Origin: an uncultured delta proteobacterium
GTDB lineage: Bacteria > Desulfobacterota > RBG-13-43-22
Assembly (NCBI GenBank): GCA_963843145.1
Contig: CAWJJC010000022.1
Span: 96,001-160,000, forward strand
Direction: 5' to 3'
Length of the DNA: 64,000 nucleotides
The notes below the pieces were generated by a model that did not search any database, was not told the origin of the DNA, and was given only the letters and a program-made list of their open reading frames with translations. The position numbers were made by a program, and so were the translations under genes. Positions 47,108 through 60,440 of this stretch are shown one piece after another; within the stretch, counting starts at the first letter, position 1, and each line of letters starts with the position of its first letter.

Positions 47108-50100
47108 GTGATGTCCGGCCTGACCCTCTATACCAGCAACCGTTTGGAAAATCTGGCGGACCGGTTGGCCGAGGTGCTGGAGACCCCGTTGCCTTCGCCC
47201 TTAACACCGGAAATTATTCTGGTCCAAAGCCTGGGGATGGAGAAATGGATCTCCTTGGAATTGGCCCGGCGCCTGAAGATCTGCGCCAATATGCACTTTC
47301 CCTTCCCCAACCATTTTATCACCGGTGTTTTCAGACAGGTCCTGCCCGAATTGGAAGAAACACCGCTTTTCAACCCTGAAATCATGGCCTGGCGGATAAT
47401 GAAAATCCTGCCACCCCTTTTAAAAGAGAAAGGGTTTGACGCCCTACTCCTCTATTTATCCGAGGGGCCTACCGACGTGAAACTTTTTCAACTTTCGCGG
47501 CGGGTGGCCGAGCTTTTTGACCAATACCTCCTTTTTCGTCCGGAGATGATCTTCCTTTGGGAAAAGGGGCAAGAGGATCATTGGCAGGCGGTTCTCTGGC
47601 GGAATATGGTTCGGGGAATCGAAAATAAGCACCGCGCCGCCTTACAAAAAACCGTCCTGGAAAAAATCAGGAGTTCAGTCGTCCGGCCGGAGATCCTGCC
47701 TAAGCGGATGGCCGTCTTCGGGATCTCAGCCCTGCCCTTCTTTCATGTGGAAATGCTGGCGGCCCTATCCCGTTTCATGGAGGTCAACCTTTTCCTGATG
47801 AATCCCTGCCGGGAATACTGGGGGAACCTGCTGACCCGAAGGGAAACGCAGCAGGTCAAGGAAAAGGCTCAGGGAAAGCAGACCCTTACGGAATTTCTGC
47901 ATCTAACGCCGGGAAACAGCCTTCTGGCTTCTCTGGGCCGACTGGGTCAGGATTTTTTTGAAATGATTCTGAATTTCGAGCCTCGAGAGGAAGATGGCCC
48001 GGTTGATCCAGGGCAAAAAACGCTTCTCAACTGCCTTCAGCAAGACATTCTTTTTCTGCGTGAACGCGGTGCGGGGGATGAAGGAAAAAAAGAAATCGAC
48101 CCCGCTGACCTTTCTATTGAAATCCATTCCTGCCATAGCCCCATGAGGGAGGTGGAGGTTCTCCAGGACCGCCTTCTTTCCCTATTTGAAGCACACCCGG
48201 GACTGCTTCCCAAAGATGTTATGGTTATGACTCCGGACATCAAAACCTATGCCCCTTATATTCAGGCGGTTTTTTCGGTGCCCCCGGAGGATCCGCGCTG
48301 GATCCCCTTCAGCCTGGCCGATCGAGGGATTCGGCAGGAAAGTCCCTTGGCCGATCTGATTCTGGGACTGCTTGACCTGCAGGGAAGCCGGTTCGGGGTT
48401 TCCCGGGTGATGGCTTTTCTGGAGTCGCCTCCGGTGCAGAGGAGATATTCCCTGGCCGAGGAGGACCTGGAGCTTATCCGTCGATGGATAGAGGATACCC
48501 GGATCCGTTGGGGCATTGACCGGGAAAGTCGGAAGACCCTGGGTCTTCCCGACTATCCGGAAAACACCTGGGGAGCGGGCCTGGAAAGAATGTTGCTGGG
48601 TTACGCCCTACCTCGCCGGGAGGATGAGCTCTTCATGGGAATCCTGCCCTATGACCGGATTGAGGGGAGCGAGGCCTCGGTCCTGGGAAATTTTGTGCAT
48701 CTGGCCAATCGTCTGTTCGCACTGGAAAAAGATCTGGGGGAACCGCGGTCCCTGGGGGCGTGGGGGGATTTTCTGACCCGAGTGCTCGACGAATTTTTTT
48801 CTTCCGACGAGGAGACCGAACGGGACCTCCTTTTTTTTCGCCGGCTATTGCGTCAGTTCGGGGAAAGACAGGAACTCTCCGGGTTTGACGAAAAAATCAA
48901 CCTGGAGGTGATCCGATCTCTACTGAAATCTACCCTGGAAAACGAGGGCTTCGGGACCGGCTTTATAACCGGGGGGGTGACTTTCTGCGCCATGTTGCCT
49001 ATGCGCAGCATCCCCTTTAAGGTGATCGGTCTCCTGGGAATGAACGATGACGCCTATCCCCGGCCGAACAAATCTCTGGGATTTGACCTGTTGGCCAAGA
49101 ATCCCCAGCCGGGAGATCGCTCGCGGAGGAACGACGACCGTTACCTTTTTCTGGAGGTCCTGCTTTCCGCCAGGGAGAGGCTCCATATTAGTTATGTGGG
49201 ACAGAGCATTCAAGATAACAGCCCGCGGCCGCCTTCGGTCCTGGTCAGCGAGCTTTTGGACTATCTGGAAGCAGGATACAGGATTTCCGGAAAAGAGATC
49301 CGCGGGCAAATCGTTCGGCGGCATCCCCTTCAGGCCTTTAGCCCGGAGTATTTCAAAAAGAATCCGGAAGGCCGGTTCTTCAGTTATTCCCAGGAGAACC
49401 TCGAGGCGGCCCGGCAGGCGCAAAACCAGCTTCCAGAGGGGAGCCCGTTTATCGCTCAAGGGCTTCCCGAGCCGCCACTGGAATGGAAAACGATCGAGGT
49501 CGGGCAGCTCATCCGGTTTTTCGGGAACCCGTCCCAATTCATCCTCAACCAGCGCTTGGGGATTTATTTAGAGGAAGGAGAGGCGATATTAGAGGAAACC
49601 GAACCCTTCGAGGTCAAAGGGCTGGATAAATATGTCCTTGAACAGGGGCTGGTCGAAAGGGGAGCGGAAAACCGCAGCCTGCCGACAGCTTTTTCAGCCG
49701 TCCGGGCGGCGGGATTGCTTCCTCACGGAAGACCCGGTGAGTGTTTTTTTCAAAAGACCTGCCGGTCCATCGATGATTTTCTGGAGATACTCAACCCTTA
49801 CCGGGAAGGAGGACCGCTGGCGCCCCTGGAAGTGGATCTGGCCCTGGGAGGGTTCCGGGTCGTGGGCCGGATTGAGGGCCTTTACCCTCAGGGGCTGATT
49901 CATTTCCGCTACGCCAAGGTGAAACCAAAAGACCGCCTGCGACTCTGGATTAGGCATCTTTTGGTGAACCGCATCGGCTTTCCGGGCTATCCGGATCAGG
50001 CCCGACTCTTCGGTCAGGATAAAGCCCGCACTTACCCGCCGATCCCAGACAGTGATGCGCTGTTACAAGAGCTACTCGAGCTTTACTGGCGGGGACTGCA

Positions 50101-50347
50101 AAAGCCCGTCCATTTCTTTCCGCACACTTCCTGGGTTTACGCCGAGGCCTTATGGAAAAAGAAAAAAAAGGAGGAGGCCTTGAAAATTTCCCGGATAGTC
50201 TGGGAAGGATCTGACTTCAACCGGGGAGAGGACCAGGACCCCTATTATCGGGTCTGCTTTGAACACTGGGACCCTTTGGATGAGGAATTCGAGACCCTGG
50301 CCGAGAATGTTTTTCTACCGGTGCTGCAGTGCGAACGGAAGAGTTGA
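47108..50347 (+). CDS. recC: Exodeoxyribonuclease V gamma subunit
   Basis: YTSNRLE, HSCHSPMREVEVL, VMTPDI, LPMRSIPF, DRYLFLE, HPLQAFS. Confidence 0.96.
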   Translation: MMSGLTLYTSNRLENLADRLAEVLETPLPSPLTPEIILVQSLGMEKWISLELARRLKICANMHFPFPNHFITGVFRQVLPELEETPLFNPEIMAWRIMKILPPLLKEKGFDALLLYLSEGPTDVKLFQLSRRVAELFDQYLLFRPEMIFLWEKGQEDHWQAVLWRNMVRGIENKHRAALQKTVLEKIRSSVVRPEILPKRMAVFGISALPFFHVEMLAALSRFMEVNLFLMNPCREYWGNLLTRRETQQVKEKAQGKQTLTEFLHLTPGNSLLASLGRLGQDFFEMILNFEPREEDGPVDPGQKTLLNCLQQDILFLRERGAGDEGKKEIDPADLSIEIHSCHSPMREVEVLQDRLLSLFEAHPGLLPKDVMVMTPDIKTYAPYIQAVFSVPPEDPRWIPFSLADRGIRQESPLADLILGLLDLQGSRFGVSRVMAFLESPPVQRRYSLAEEDLELIRRWIEDTRIRWGIDRESRKTLGLPDYPENTWGAGLERMLLGYALPRREDELFMGILPYDRIEGSEASVLGNFVHLANRLFALEKDLGEPRSLGAWGDFLTRVLDEFFSSDEETERDLLFFRRLLRQFGERQELSGFDEKINLEVIRSLLKSTLENEGFGTGFITGGVTFCAMLPMRSIPFKVIGLLGMNDDAYPRPNKSLGFDLLAKNPQPGDRSRRNDDRYLFLEVLLSARERLHISYVGQSIQDNSPRPPSVLVSELLDYLEAGYRISGKEIRGQIVRRHPLQAFSPEYFKKNPEGRFFSYSQENLEAARQAQNQLPEGSPFIAQGLPEPPLEWKTIEVGQLIRFFGNPSQFILNQRLGIYLEEGEAILEETEPFEVKGLDKYVLEQGLVERGAENRSLPTAFSAVRAAGLLPHGRPGECFFQKTCRSIDDFLEILNPYREGGPLAPLEVDLALGGFRVVGRIEGLYPQGLIHFRYAKVKPKDRLRLWIRHLLVNRIGFPGYPDQARLFGQDKARTYPPIPDSDALLQELLELYWRGLQKPVHFFPHTSWVYAEALWKKKKKEEALKISRIVWEGSDFNRGEDQDPYYRVCFEHWDPLDEEFETLAENVFLPVLQCERKS

Positions 50348-53300
50348 CCCTGATCCCTCAAGACCCCAAAACCCCCGGTTTTGATCTCTTGAATAGTCCC
50401 CTGGAGGGAACCAACCTGATTGAAGCCGGGGCCGGCACGGGAAAGACCTATACCCTCACCGGCCTATTTCTGCGACTGATCCTGGAGAGGCGGCTACCGG
50501 TAAACGAGATCCTGGTGGTGACTTATACCGTAGCCGCCACCGAGGAATTGCGCGATCGGATCCGCCGCAAAATCCGGGAAGCCCTGGAGGCTTGTTCCGG
50601 CGGAACCAGCCCGGATTCGTTTTTGCAGAGTTTGCTCCTTAAAGTCCCGGACCGGGAAGAGGCGGCCGTCCTCCTGCACGCCGCCCTCCTGGATTTCGAT
50701 GAGGCGGCCATTTTCACCATTCATGGCTTTTGCCAGCGGACGCTGCAGGAGAGCGCGTTTGAAAGCGGCAGCCTGTTTGATACGGAATTGGAACCCGAAG
50801 AGGAAACCGAGCTGATAGCGGAAATCGTCCAGGATTTCTGGCGCCGGCATTTTTATGACGCTCCCCGGGAGTGGGTCCAGTACGCCCTGAGCCTGAACCT
50901 CGGTCCGGTTACCTTCCTGGAGCTTTTGAAAAAAGGGCGGTCTCAGCCCGACTTGAAAATTATTCCCCGGACCGATCCGGTGGTTTTCACAACCCTGGAG
51001 CCTTTTCGCCGGGCCTATGTCGAATTGCGGAATGCTTGGCCGAAGGCTCGGGACGAGGTGGAACAGGCCTTCAGCGATCCGGCTTTGACCGCCGACTACA
51101 CGGAGCAGGTAGCTGCCAGACTGAGTCTGATGGATGCCTTTTTAGAGGAAAACAGCCCGGTCTTTCCCCTGCCGGAAAAATTCGAAAAATTCACTTCCAG
51201 GGGTTTGGAGAAGAAAACCAGGAAAAAGTTGAAAACCCCTCGGCATCCCTATTTTTTGTTGGGCGATGCCCTAAAACTGGCGGCCGAGGCGCTTCGCCTG
51301 GAAATGGACCGCCACTTGCTGTATCTAAAAGGGGCGGTTTTTCAGTTCCTGGGGCAGGAACTGCCGATTCGGAAGCAGCGGCGCAACATCCAATCTTTTG
51401 ATGATCTCCTGATCCGCCTGCGCCGATCTCTGGAAAAGCCTGGGGGGGACGAACTGTCCCGAGAGGTCAGGAAACGATATCGGGCCGCCCTCATTGATGA
51501 GTTCCAGGACACGGATCCCGTCCAGTACGCCATCTTCAGGAATATTTTCGGACAAGGGGGCTCCATATTATTTATAATCGGCGACCCCAAGCAGGCCATT
51601 TACAGCTTCCGGGGTGCCGACCTGTTTGCCTACCTAAAGGCTGCCGGTCGGGTGGATCGTCGCTACACCCTGGACCGGAACTGGCGATCCGAACCGGGAT
51701 TGATTGCCGCGGTCAATACGGTCTTCGGCTGCCGGGAAAACGCCTTTCTCTACCGGGAGATCCCCTTTGAACCCGCGGTAGCGGAGGAAGGGGGAGCGCA
51801 GTCCTTTTTAACCATCCGGGGGAAAAGGGAACCGCCGCTGCACTTCTGGCAGGTTAATTCGGGCGATGGAGGCCTCATCAATAAAGGGGAAGCCGAAGCC
51901 CTGATTCCCGGGGCGGTGGCCGGCGAAATCTCCCGCCTCCTGAGGCTCGGGAAAAAGGACGAAGCTCTCCTGGACAGCCGGCGGCTGCGCGAGGGAGATC
52001 TGGCGGTACTGGTGCGCACCAACCGGCAGGCCCGGATGATGCAGACGGCCCTGGGCCGATTGAAAATCGCCAGTGTCCTTCATACTACCGGAAATTTGTT
52101 TGACAGCTACGAGGCCCAGGAGGTGCAGCGGGTACTGGACGGGATGGTTCATCCCCTTCGGGAGGGTCGGATCAGGGCGGCGCTGGCCACCAACCTGCTG
52201 GGAGTGACCGGGGAAACCCTGGAAAGGCTGACCCGCGATGAAGCCGGGTGGGAGGAGTGGCTTTCCCGATTCAGGGAATATTACGAAATAGGGGAAAAGA
52301 AGGGGTTTATCCGGATGTTTCGGTATTTTCTGCTTCGGGAAAAGGTCCGTTCTCGCTCTGCTTGGCCTGCCTAACGGGGAGAGACGGCTGACGAATGTGC
52401 TCCACCTTTCCGAGGTGCTTCACCAGTGGGCGGTTGAAGAAAAACTGGGCCTGACCGGACTCTTAAAATGGCTGGCCCGGCAATGCGACCCCGGTTCCCC
52501 GCGACTGGAGGAACATCAGCTTCGGCTGGAAAGCGATGCCGAGGCCGTAAAAATAGTTACCATCCACAGGAGCAAGGGGCTGGAGTACCCCATCGTTTTT
52601 TGCCCCTTTAACTGGGATCCGTCGAAGATTAAGAAAGGGGCTTTTAGTTTCCACGACCGCGAGGAAGACTGGAGGCTCAATCTGGTGCTGGACCCGAAGG
52701 CGGGGGGGGATCGCGATTTGGCTGAATTGGCCGCAGAGGAGGAACTGGCAGAAAATCTGAGGCTGCTCTATGTGTCGCTGACCCGTGCCAAAAACCGCTG
52801 TTACCTCATCTGGGGAAGGTTTCGGGACGCGGAGACCTCCTCCCTGGCCTACCTGCTGGCTCCTCCCGGGGACACTGACGAAAATATTGTCCAAAAAGTG
52901 GGAACCCATTTTCAGGCCAAGACCGATGTCAGGCTCCGGCAGGACTTGGACGAACTGGCCCGAAAATCCGAGGGAATGATCCGAGTAACCGATCTGCCGA
53001 GAGCCCCGGGTGAGGAAGTTAGCCCGGATGAAATAGACTTGGATGAATTGAGCGGGAGGGTTTTCCGGGGGACTGTTTCCCGGGACTGGCAGATCGCCAG
53101 TTTTTCCCGACTGACCGTCGGGGTTAAAGAAACCTTTGATTCCCCGCAATCGGAAGACGCCTCCGCTGACCTGCCGGACCACGACCAGGCCCAGGACGCC
53201 GAAGAACCATTTTTGGATCCGGAGCCTTTTTCTATTTTTGCCTTTCCCCGGGGGGCCAAAGCGGGGACTCTGCTGCATGATCTCTTGGAAAACCTGGATT

Positions 53301-53983
53301 TCAGCGAAACAGACCCTCTGGTCATAATCAAATTGGTGGCGGACAAACTGGCAGAATACGGGTTTGATCCGAAGTGGCAGGATACGGTCGTCGGCTTAAT
53401 CGGCCGGGTGCTGAAGGCGCCGCTCCCCTCCCCTTTCGGTAGCTTCAGCCTGGCGCAGATTTCCCGGGCCGAGCGTCTCAGTGAGCTCGAATTTAATTTT
53501 CCCCTTCAGCGGGTAACTCCCCAGGGGCTGGCAAAAATTTTTGCCGATCACGGGGGGATAGGGCCATCGACCGGATTTTCCGCCCGGCTTGAAAACCTGG
53601 ATTTTCAACCGGCCCGAGGGTTCATGAAGGGTTTCATCGACCTGGTTTTTCAATTCCAGGGGCGCTATTACCTGGTGGACTGGAAATCAAACTTTCTGGG
53701 GGCGAGAGTGAAAGACTACCACCGGGAGAACCTGGTTCGGACCATGGAAGACCATTTTTACCGCCTGCAGTTGAATCTCTACGTGCTGGCCCTGCACCGG
53801 TATTTAAAATACCGGCTCCCCGGGTATCGCTACACGGAACATTTCGGCGGTGCCTTTTATCTTTTTCTGCGGGGCATAAACCCGGGGGAAGAAAAGGGGT
53901 TCGGGATCTACTCTGAAACGCCGCCTGAGGGACTGATTGAGGGCCTGAGCCAAAGCCTGATCGGAGCGGAGGCCGTTTCATGA
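50329..53983 (+). CDS. recB: Exodeoxyribonuclease V beta subunit (frameshift near 52355)
   Basis: EAGAGTGKT, DEFQDTD, GDPKQAIYSFRGAD; second half TIHRSKGLEY, YVSLTRA, GFIDLVF, DWKSN. Confidence 0.95.
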
Positions 53984-55823
53984 AGCCCTCCTGGACGGCC
54001 GCTTTTTTGGGGAAAAAAATCCTTTCGCCGCTGGATGTCCATTTTGCCGGAGCTGATGACTCGACTTTCCGGAACCAATAGCGAGCCCCTCTTCCTGGCC
54101 GCCGCCCTGGTCAGCCATTACCAGGGGCTGGGGCATGTCTGCTTCGATCTCTCCGGTCTGGCCGGGAAGCCGCTAGCTGGAAGGCGAACCGGATTCTCCG
54201 GTCTGTCCACCAATGGAGCGCTGGGTTCAAGGGCTGAAAAAGGAAGGGGTAGTGGGGAGGCCGGGGGAGTATAAACCTCTGATCCTGAATGGACCGCGCC
54301 TTTATTTATTCCGCTACTGGGAGTATGAAAAAAAACTGATCGATTTCCTGAAGGAACGAACTGCTGAAGAGGCTTTCCCGGCAAATGCGGCTTCCCTCCG
54401 GGCCGGCCTGGCCCGACTTTTTCCAGCCGCAGATCCCGGAGAGACGGATTGGCAAAAGGTGGCCGCCCTGGCTTCGGCCTGGAAAAGGTTCTGCGTAATC
54501 TCCGGCGGCCCGGGGACCGGGAAGACCTTTACCGTGGCCAAGATTTTGGCGCTTCTCCTGGAGCAAAATAGTCCCGGGACGCTGCGGATAGCCCTGGCGG
54601 CCCCCACCGGAAAGGCCGCCGCCCGGGTGCAGGAAGCCCTAAAAAAGGCCCGGGAGCGATTGGAGTGCACGGATGCGGTTAAAGCCGCCCTGCCCCTAGA
54701 GGCCTATACCCTTCACCGCCTGTTGAAGCCTATCCCGGCGACTCCCTATTTCCGCTACGATTCGAAAAACCCCCTGCCCTTTGAGGTAGTGGTCATCGAC
54801 GAGGCCTCGATGGTGGACCTGGCCCTGCTGTCCAAGCTGGTCCAGGCCCTTCCCCCGCTATCCAAATTGATCCTGCTGGGGGATAAGGATCAATTGGCCT
54901 CGGTCGAGGCCGGGGCCGTATTGGGAGATATTTGCGGCGTAGAGAAACATTATGGGTTTTCGAGAGATTTCCGAGATGCCTGTCAAAGAATTGCCGGGGA
55001 GAGGCTGGAGGTCGGAGCAGAGGAGGACCGCGGAACCGGGATGAGGGACGTTATCATTCCGCTCAAGAAAAGTTATCGCTTCGGGTCATCAAGCGGGATT
55101 AGGGCCGTGAGTCGGGCTGTAAATGAAGGAGACGGCGCCGGCGCCTATGACCTGCTGAGAGCCACCAACGCCGCGGATATCCGCTGGGGGGACCTTCCCA
55201 GCCCCGAAGCCCTGGGGGCGAGGCTGAAAGATCTGGCGGTAAGGGACCTTTCCGGGTATTTTCAGCCGAACCGGGCCGAGAATATTTTCGATTTGTTCAG
55301 CAGATTCCGGATCCTCTGCGCCCTGCGGGAAGGCCCTTATGGGGTCCAGGCGCTGAACCGGCTGATGGAGCAGCTTTTGCGGCAGGAAGGCCTGATTCGC
55401 CAGATAGGCCGCTGGTATCCCGGCCGGCCGGTCATGGTCACTAAAAATGACTACCAGTTAAGGCTTTTCAACGGGGATATGGGGATTACCTTGCCGGACC
55501 CTGACGGAAATCATGAGCTCAGAGTCTTTTTTCCCTCCCCGGAAGGCGGAGTTCGAAAATTTCCCCCCCGCCGGCTCCCGGAGCATGAGACCGTTTATGC
55601 CATGACGGTGCACAAAAGCCAGGGGTCGGAATTCGACCGGGTCCTCCTGATTCTGCCGGACCGAGATGCCCCGGTGTTGACCCGGGAATTGATTTACACC
55701 GGGATCACCCGGGCCCGGGAGCAGATGGAAATCTGGGGGAAGAAAACGACTTTTTTGCGGGCGGTATCCCGCCGCATCCAGCGCTCCTCCGGACTCCGCG
55801 AAGCCCTCTGGGGGGAAGATTGA
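53980..55823 (+). CDS. recD: Exodeoxyribonuclease V alpha subunit (two frameshifts near 54050 and 54180)
   Basis: ATG 53980 overlaps the recB stop; LDVHFA / GHVCFDL N-terminal pieces; GGPGTGKT, DEASMVD, TVHKSQGSEF. Confidence 0.94.
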
Positions 55824-55860
55824 GTCAATGGATGACTTTCAAAGGAAAACTTCCGCTTTT

Positions 55861-57327
55861 TTACCGTTTCCGGCCGCTGCCGAAGAGGGACCCCAGAACC
55901 CCCCGGATGATTTGCCGACCGATCTGGCTGCCGATGGCGTGGGCTGCGCTCTGGGCCATGGCCCCCAGCATTTTTGAAACCTGAGAGGATTCTCCCTGGG
56001 GACGAACTTTGGCCGCGGCCGCCTCCTGTTCCTCGTTTTGTCGCTTTACTGCCCGCTCCTTCAATTTTTCATAAGCCGATTCTCGGTCCACTTCCCGGTC
56101 ATACTGCCCGTAGAGCACGGACCCACGGATGATTTGGGACCGCTCCTCCGGGGTCAAAGGGGTTAACCGGCTTCGGGGGGGAAGAACCAGTGCCCTTTCC
56201 ACCGGCGTAGGAGCACCCTTCCGGTCCAGGACCGAAATCAGGGCCTCGCCCACTTTGAGTTCGGTGATGGACTGAAAGACGTCAAGGGGTGGATTGACCC
56301 GGAAAGTCTCGGCGGCCGCCTTGACGGTCTTCTGGTCCTTGGGGGTAAAGGCCCGGAGGGCATGCTGCACCCGATGGCCCAACTGACCCAGCACCGCTTC
56401 GGGGATATCCAGGGGGTTCTGGGTCACAAAGTAAATACCCACTCCCTTGGACCGGATCAGACGCACCACCTGTTCGATTTTGTCCTGGAGGGCTTTGGGT
56501 ATATCTTCAAAAAGCAGGTGGGCCTCGTCAAAAAAGAAAACCAGTCGGGGTTTCTCGGGATCGCCCACCTCTGGAAGCTGTTCAAAAAGTTCGGACAACA
56601 GCCAGAGCAACAGCGTGGCATACACCTTGGGGGAGCGCATCAACCGGTCGGCGCTCAAGACATTGATGACCCCTTTACCGGAACCCTCCGTTTGGATAAA
56701 GTCCTGGATGTTCAGGGTCGGCTCGCCGAAAAATCGGGCGCCGCCTTCCTGCTCCAGGGTCAGCAGGCCCCGCTGAATGGCCCCGACACTAGCCTTGGAG
56801 ATATTCCCGTATTGCGTCGTGAACTGTTCCGCCTGGTCCCCTGCGAATTGAATCATGGCCTGCAGGTCCTTTAGATCCAGGAGCAGCAGGCCGTCGTCAT
56901 CGGCGATTTTAAAGGTTATATTCAGAACGCCGCTCTGGGTTTCGTTCAGGTTCAGGATCCGGCTGAGCAGTAACGGTCCCATCTCCGAAATCGTGGTCCG
57001 GAGAGGATGGCCTTGTTCCCCGAAGACATCCCAGAAAACTACCGGGTTCCCTTCAAAGGCAAAGCCTTCGAGGCCCAACTGCTGGACCCGCTCGGCCACC
57101 TTGGGGTTTTCTCCGCCGGGCAATGGCAGTCCGGAGAGGTCGCCTTTGATATCGGCCAGAAACACGGGAACGCCGATTCGGCTGAAGGCCTCGGCCAGGA
57201 CCCGCAAAGTCACGGTCTTGCCGGTGCCCGTGGCTCCGGCGATGAGGCCGTGGCGATTAGCCATTCCGGCCAGGATGGCGATCTCCTCCCGCGCCTGGGC
57301 TACGGGCAGGGATAATGGTTCAGTCAT
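55861..57327 (-). CDS. DUF853 / YjgR-like HerA-family ATPase
   Basis: [42 protein letters not shown]; AGGAG RBS before ATG 57327. Confidence 0.92.
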   Translation of the reverse strand: MTEPLSLPVAQAREEIAILAGMANRHGLIAGATGTGKTVTLRVLAEAFSRIGVPVFLADIKGDLSGLPLPGGENPKVAERVQQLGLEGFAFEGNPVVFWDVFGEQGHPLRTTISEMGPLLLSRILNLNETQSGVLNITFKIADDDGLLLLDLKDLQAMIQFAGDQAEQFTTQYGNISKASVGAIQRGLLTLEQEGGARFFGEPTLNIQDFIQTEGSGKGVINVLSADRLMRSPKVYATLLLWLLSELFEQLPEVGDPEKPRLVFFFDEAHLLFEDIPKALQDKIEQVVRLIRSKGVGIYFVTQNPLDIPEAVLGQLGHRVQHALRAFTPKDQKTVKAAAETFRVNPPLDVFQSITELKVGEALISVLDRKGAPTPVERALVLPPRSRLTPLTPEERSQIIRGSVLYGQYDREVDRESAYEKLKERAVKRQNEEQEAAAAKVRPQGESSQVSKMLGAMAQSAAHAIGSQIGRQIIRGVLGSLFGSGRKR

Positions 57328-57624
57328 CTCAGGTCTCCTTCTGCTATCCGGGATGAGTTCACTATAGGAAGTTGTCGGCTCTCTTGTCAACCCTCCTGAC
57401 CGGGGGATCGACAGCGCGGGACCGATAGCCGACTCGGACAAGAAACAACATTTATTCCGGCCCGGGAAAGGTGTGATCGGCGTATTTCATTTTCTCCTTG
57501 CTCATCGGTCCTTTTTCATTTTATATTTTAGGGTAATTCAATCAGCCCATTAAACAGGACGGGACCGGGGAATATGGACCGGGAGGGTTAATTAATCACT
57601 AAACACGGTATCAGGGAGAAAAAA

Positions 57625-60425
57625 ATGGCGAAATCTTCGGCCCGGAGTAAGAATGAAAGAAAGGATGAAAAACAGTGGGTATATTTGTTTGATAACCTGG
57701 AGGCGGTGGAGGCCCATCTGCAGCCCAAGAGCTGGGACGAGGTGAAGGGTCTGTTGGGCGGAAAGGGAGCCAACCTGTTTGAGATGACCCGCCTGGGCCT
57801 TCCGGTTCCGCCCGGATTTACCGTCACCACCAAGGCCTGCAACGCCTATCTGGACCACGAGCGGAAGTTCCCTCCCGGCCTCTGGGAACAGGAGATGGCC
57901 GCTCTGCGCCATCTGGAGGAAAAAACCGGTAAACGCTTTGGGGATCCAACCCGCCCGCTTTTTGTTTCCTGCCGCTCCGGCGCCAAGTTTTCCATGCCCG
58001 GCATGATGGACACAGTGCTCAATATCGGTCTCAACGATGAAACCGCCCAAGGTCTGGTGGCGTTGACCAATGACCCGCGCTTTGTGTTTGACTCCTACCG
58101 ACGGCTGGTCCAGATGTTCGGGGTCGTGGTCCTGGGCGTTCCGGATGAACCGTTTGAAGTTTTTATTGAAAAAATGAAAAAGAGCCGGGGAGTACGTTTG
58201 GATGTGGAGTTGGAGGCCGAAGACTGGCTGCGCATTACCGCGCACTTTAAAGGGCAGATCATGTCCTATACCGGCCGGGAATTCCCCCAGGACCCCAGCG
58301 AGCAATTGGAAATGGCCACCCGCGCCGTATTCAACAGTTGGTTCGGCAAGCGGGCTGTGGATTACCGCAACGCCACCGGTATCCGCCACGACCTGGGCAC
58401 CGCCGTCAATATTCAGGCGGTAGTCTTTGGCAACATGGGCGAGAGCAGCGGGACGGGCGTGGCCTTCACCCGGAATCCGGTTAACGGGAACAAGGAACTC
58501 TATGGCGATTATTTGCTCAACGCCCAGGGCGAAGATGTGGTGGCCGGCATCCGCAACACCTCGCCCATACAAAACCTCCAGCGTGACCTGCCGGAGGTTT
58601 TCGCTGAGTTCGCCGCTATTTGTGAAAAGCTGGAAAGCCATTTCCATGAAATGCAGGACGTGGAGTTCACGATTGAAAACCGCAAACTCTGGATGCTGCA
58701 GACCCGGGACGGCAAACGCACCGCCCGGGCGGCCATCAAAATTGCCGTGGATATGGTCGAGGAAGGCCTGATCGACAAGAAAAAAGCGATCCTGCGCGTC
58801 AATCCCGAACAGGTGGACATGCTGCTCCACCCGCAGTTCAGCGCCGTCGCCAAGGAGCAGGCCCGGGTCGAGGGAAAGCGGCTGGTCCAAAAGGCCGTCA
58901 ATGCCAGCCCCGGCGCTGCCGTGGGCCAGGCTGTCTTTGATGCCGATACGGCGGAAAAATGGGGTAAGGAAGGCAAGGCGGTGATCATGGTCCGGCCGGA
59001 AACCAAGCCGGACGATGTCCACGGCATGATCGCTTCCAAAGGCATTCTTACCAGCCACGGCGGGGCGACCAGTCACGCCGCCGTGGTGGCTCGTCAATTC
59101 GGGACCCCGGCGGTCTGCGGGGCCGATGTGTTGACACATCGATGTGGAGCACCGGTTATTCACGGTCAAGAAGGAATCCATCATCGAGGTGCGGGAGGGG
59201 GACTGGATCAGCATCGACGGGGGGACCGGCGAGGTCTTCCTGGGCCAATTGGAAACCCAGGACCCGGATTTCGAACGCGAAACCGACCTGAACTTGCTGC
59301 TGACCTGGGCCGATGAGGTGCGCCGCCTGGGTGTCTGGGCCAACGCCGATTATCCCAAGGACGCCGAACGGGCCCGCCGCTATGGCGCCGAGGGCATTGG
59401 CCTCTGCCGGACCGAGCATATGTTCTTCGAGGAAGACCGACTGCCTATCGTCCAGGAGATGATCATGGCCACCAGCCGGGGGCGTCGGGTCCCCGCCCTG
59501 GCCAGACTGCTGCCCATGCAACGAAGCGATTTCGAAGGACTTTTCAAAGCCATGGACGGCCATCCGGTGATCATCCGGCTGCTCGACCCGCCCCTGCACG
59601 AGTTTCTGCCTGCCTACGACACCCTGGTGCAGGATCTGGCCGATCTAAAGGTCCGCATCCAGCACTATCATACCCTGAGCGAGATCGACCAGGCCTTGGC
59701 TGAGCTGCGCCAGAAGGAAGACATCCTCAACCGGGTCGAGGCCCTGAAGGAATCCAATCCCATGCTCGGCCTGCGCGGCGACCGCTTGAGCGTGGTCATG
59801 CCGGAGATCTCCGAAATGCAGATCCGGGCCATCCTGGAAGCGGCCGTCTGGGTCAAACGCGACGGCGTGGATGTCCATCCGGAAATCATGATCCCCCTGG
59901 CCAGTCACGTCAATGAATTGAAATTTATCAGGAAAATCGTGGATGCCACCGCCAAGGCCGTCTTTGAAGAAACGGGCCTGACGCGTCGATTTCAGATACG
60001 GCACCATGATCGAGGTGCCGCGCGCCGCCCTGACGGCCGACGAAATGGCCGGGGAAGCGGAATTCTTCAGTTTCGGGACCAACGACCTGACCCAGACCAC
60101 CTTCGGCATCAGCCGGGACGACGCCGAGGCCAAATTCCTGATCAAATATGTGGAGGATGGAATCCTGCCCCAGAACCCCTTTCAGCAATTGGACATCCAG
60201 GGCGTCGGCAAGCTGATCGAGATGGCGGTGGCCGGTGGACGACGGGTGCGGCCGGACCTGCAGGTGGGCATCTGCGGTGAACACGGCGGCGATCCCCAAA
60301 GCATCGCCTTCTGCCACCGGATGGGACTGAACTATGTGAGCTGCAGTCCCTTCCGGGTACCCATCGCCCGTCTGGCGGCGGCCCACGCGGCCCTCAAAGA
60401 AGAGTACCTAAAGGATAGCCATTGA
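57625..60425 (+). CDS. ppdK: Pyruvate, phosphate dikinase (frameshifts near 59135 and 59985)
   Basis: [61 protein letters not shown] spread over three overlapping ORFs. Confidence 0.96.
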
Positions 60426-60440
60426 AAAGAGCCTACATCG

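Noticed and set aside
57592-59343. 583 aa minus-strand ORF
   Set aside because: Antisense shadow of ppdK, typical of GC-rich coding DNA; no motifs.
50329-60425. Programmed frameshifting or pseudogenisation of recB, recD and ppdK
   Set aside because: No slippery heptamers were noted and the genes are otherwise intact; frameshifts scattered across unrelated genes point to assembly error.
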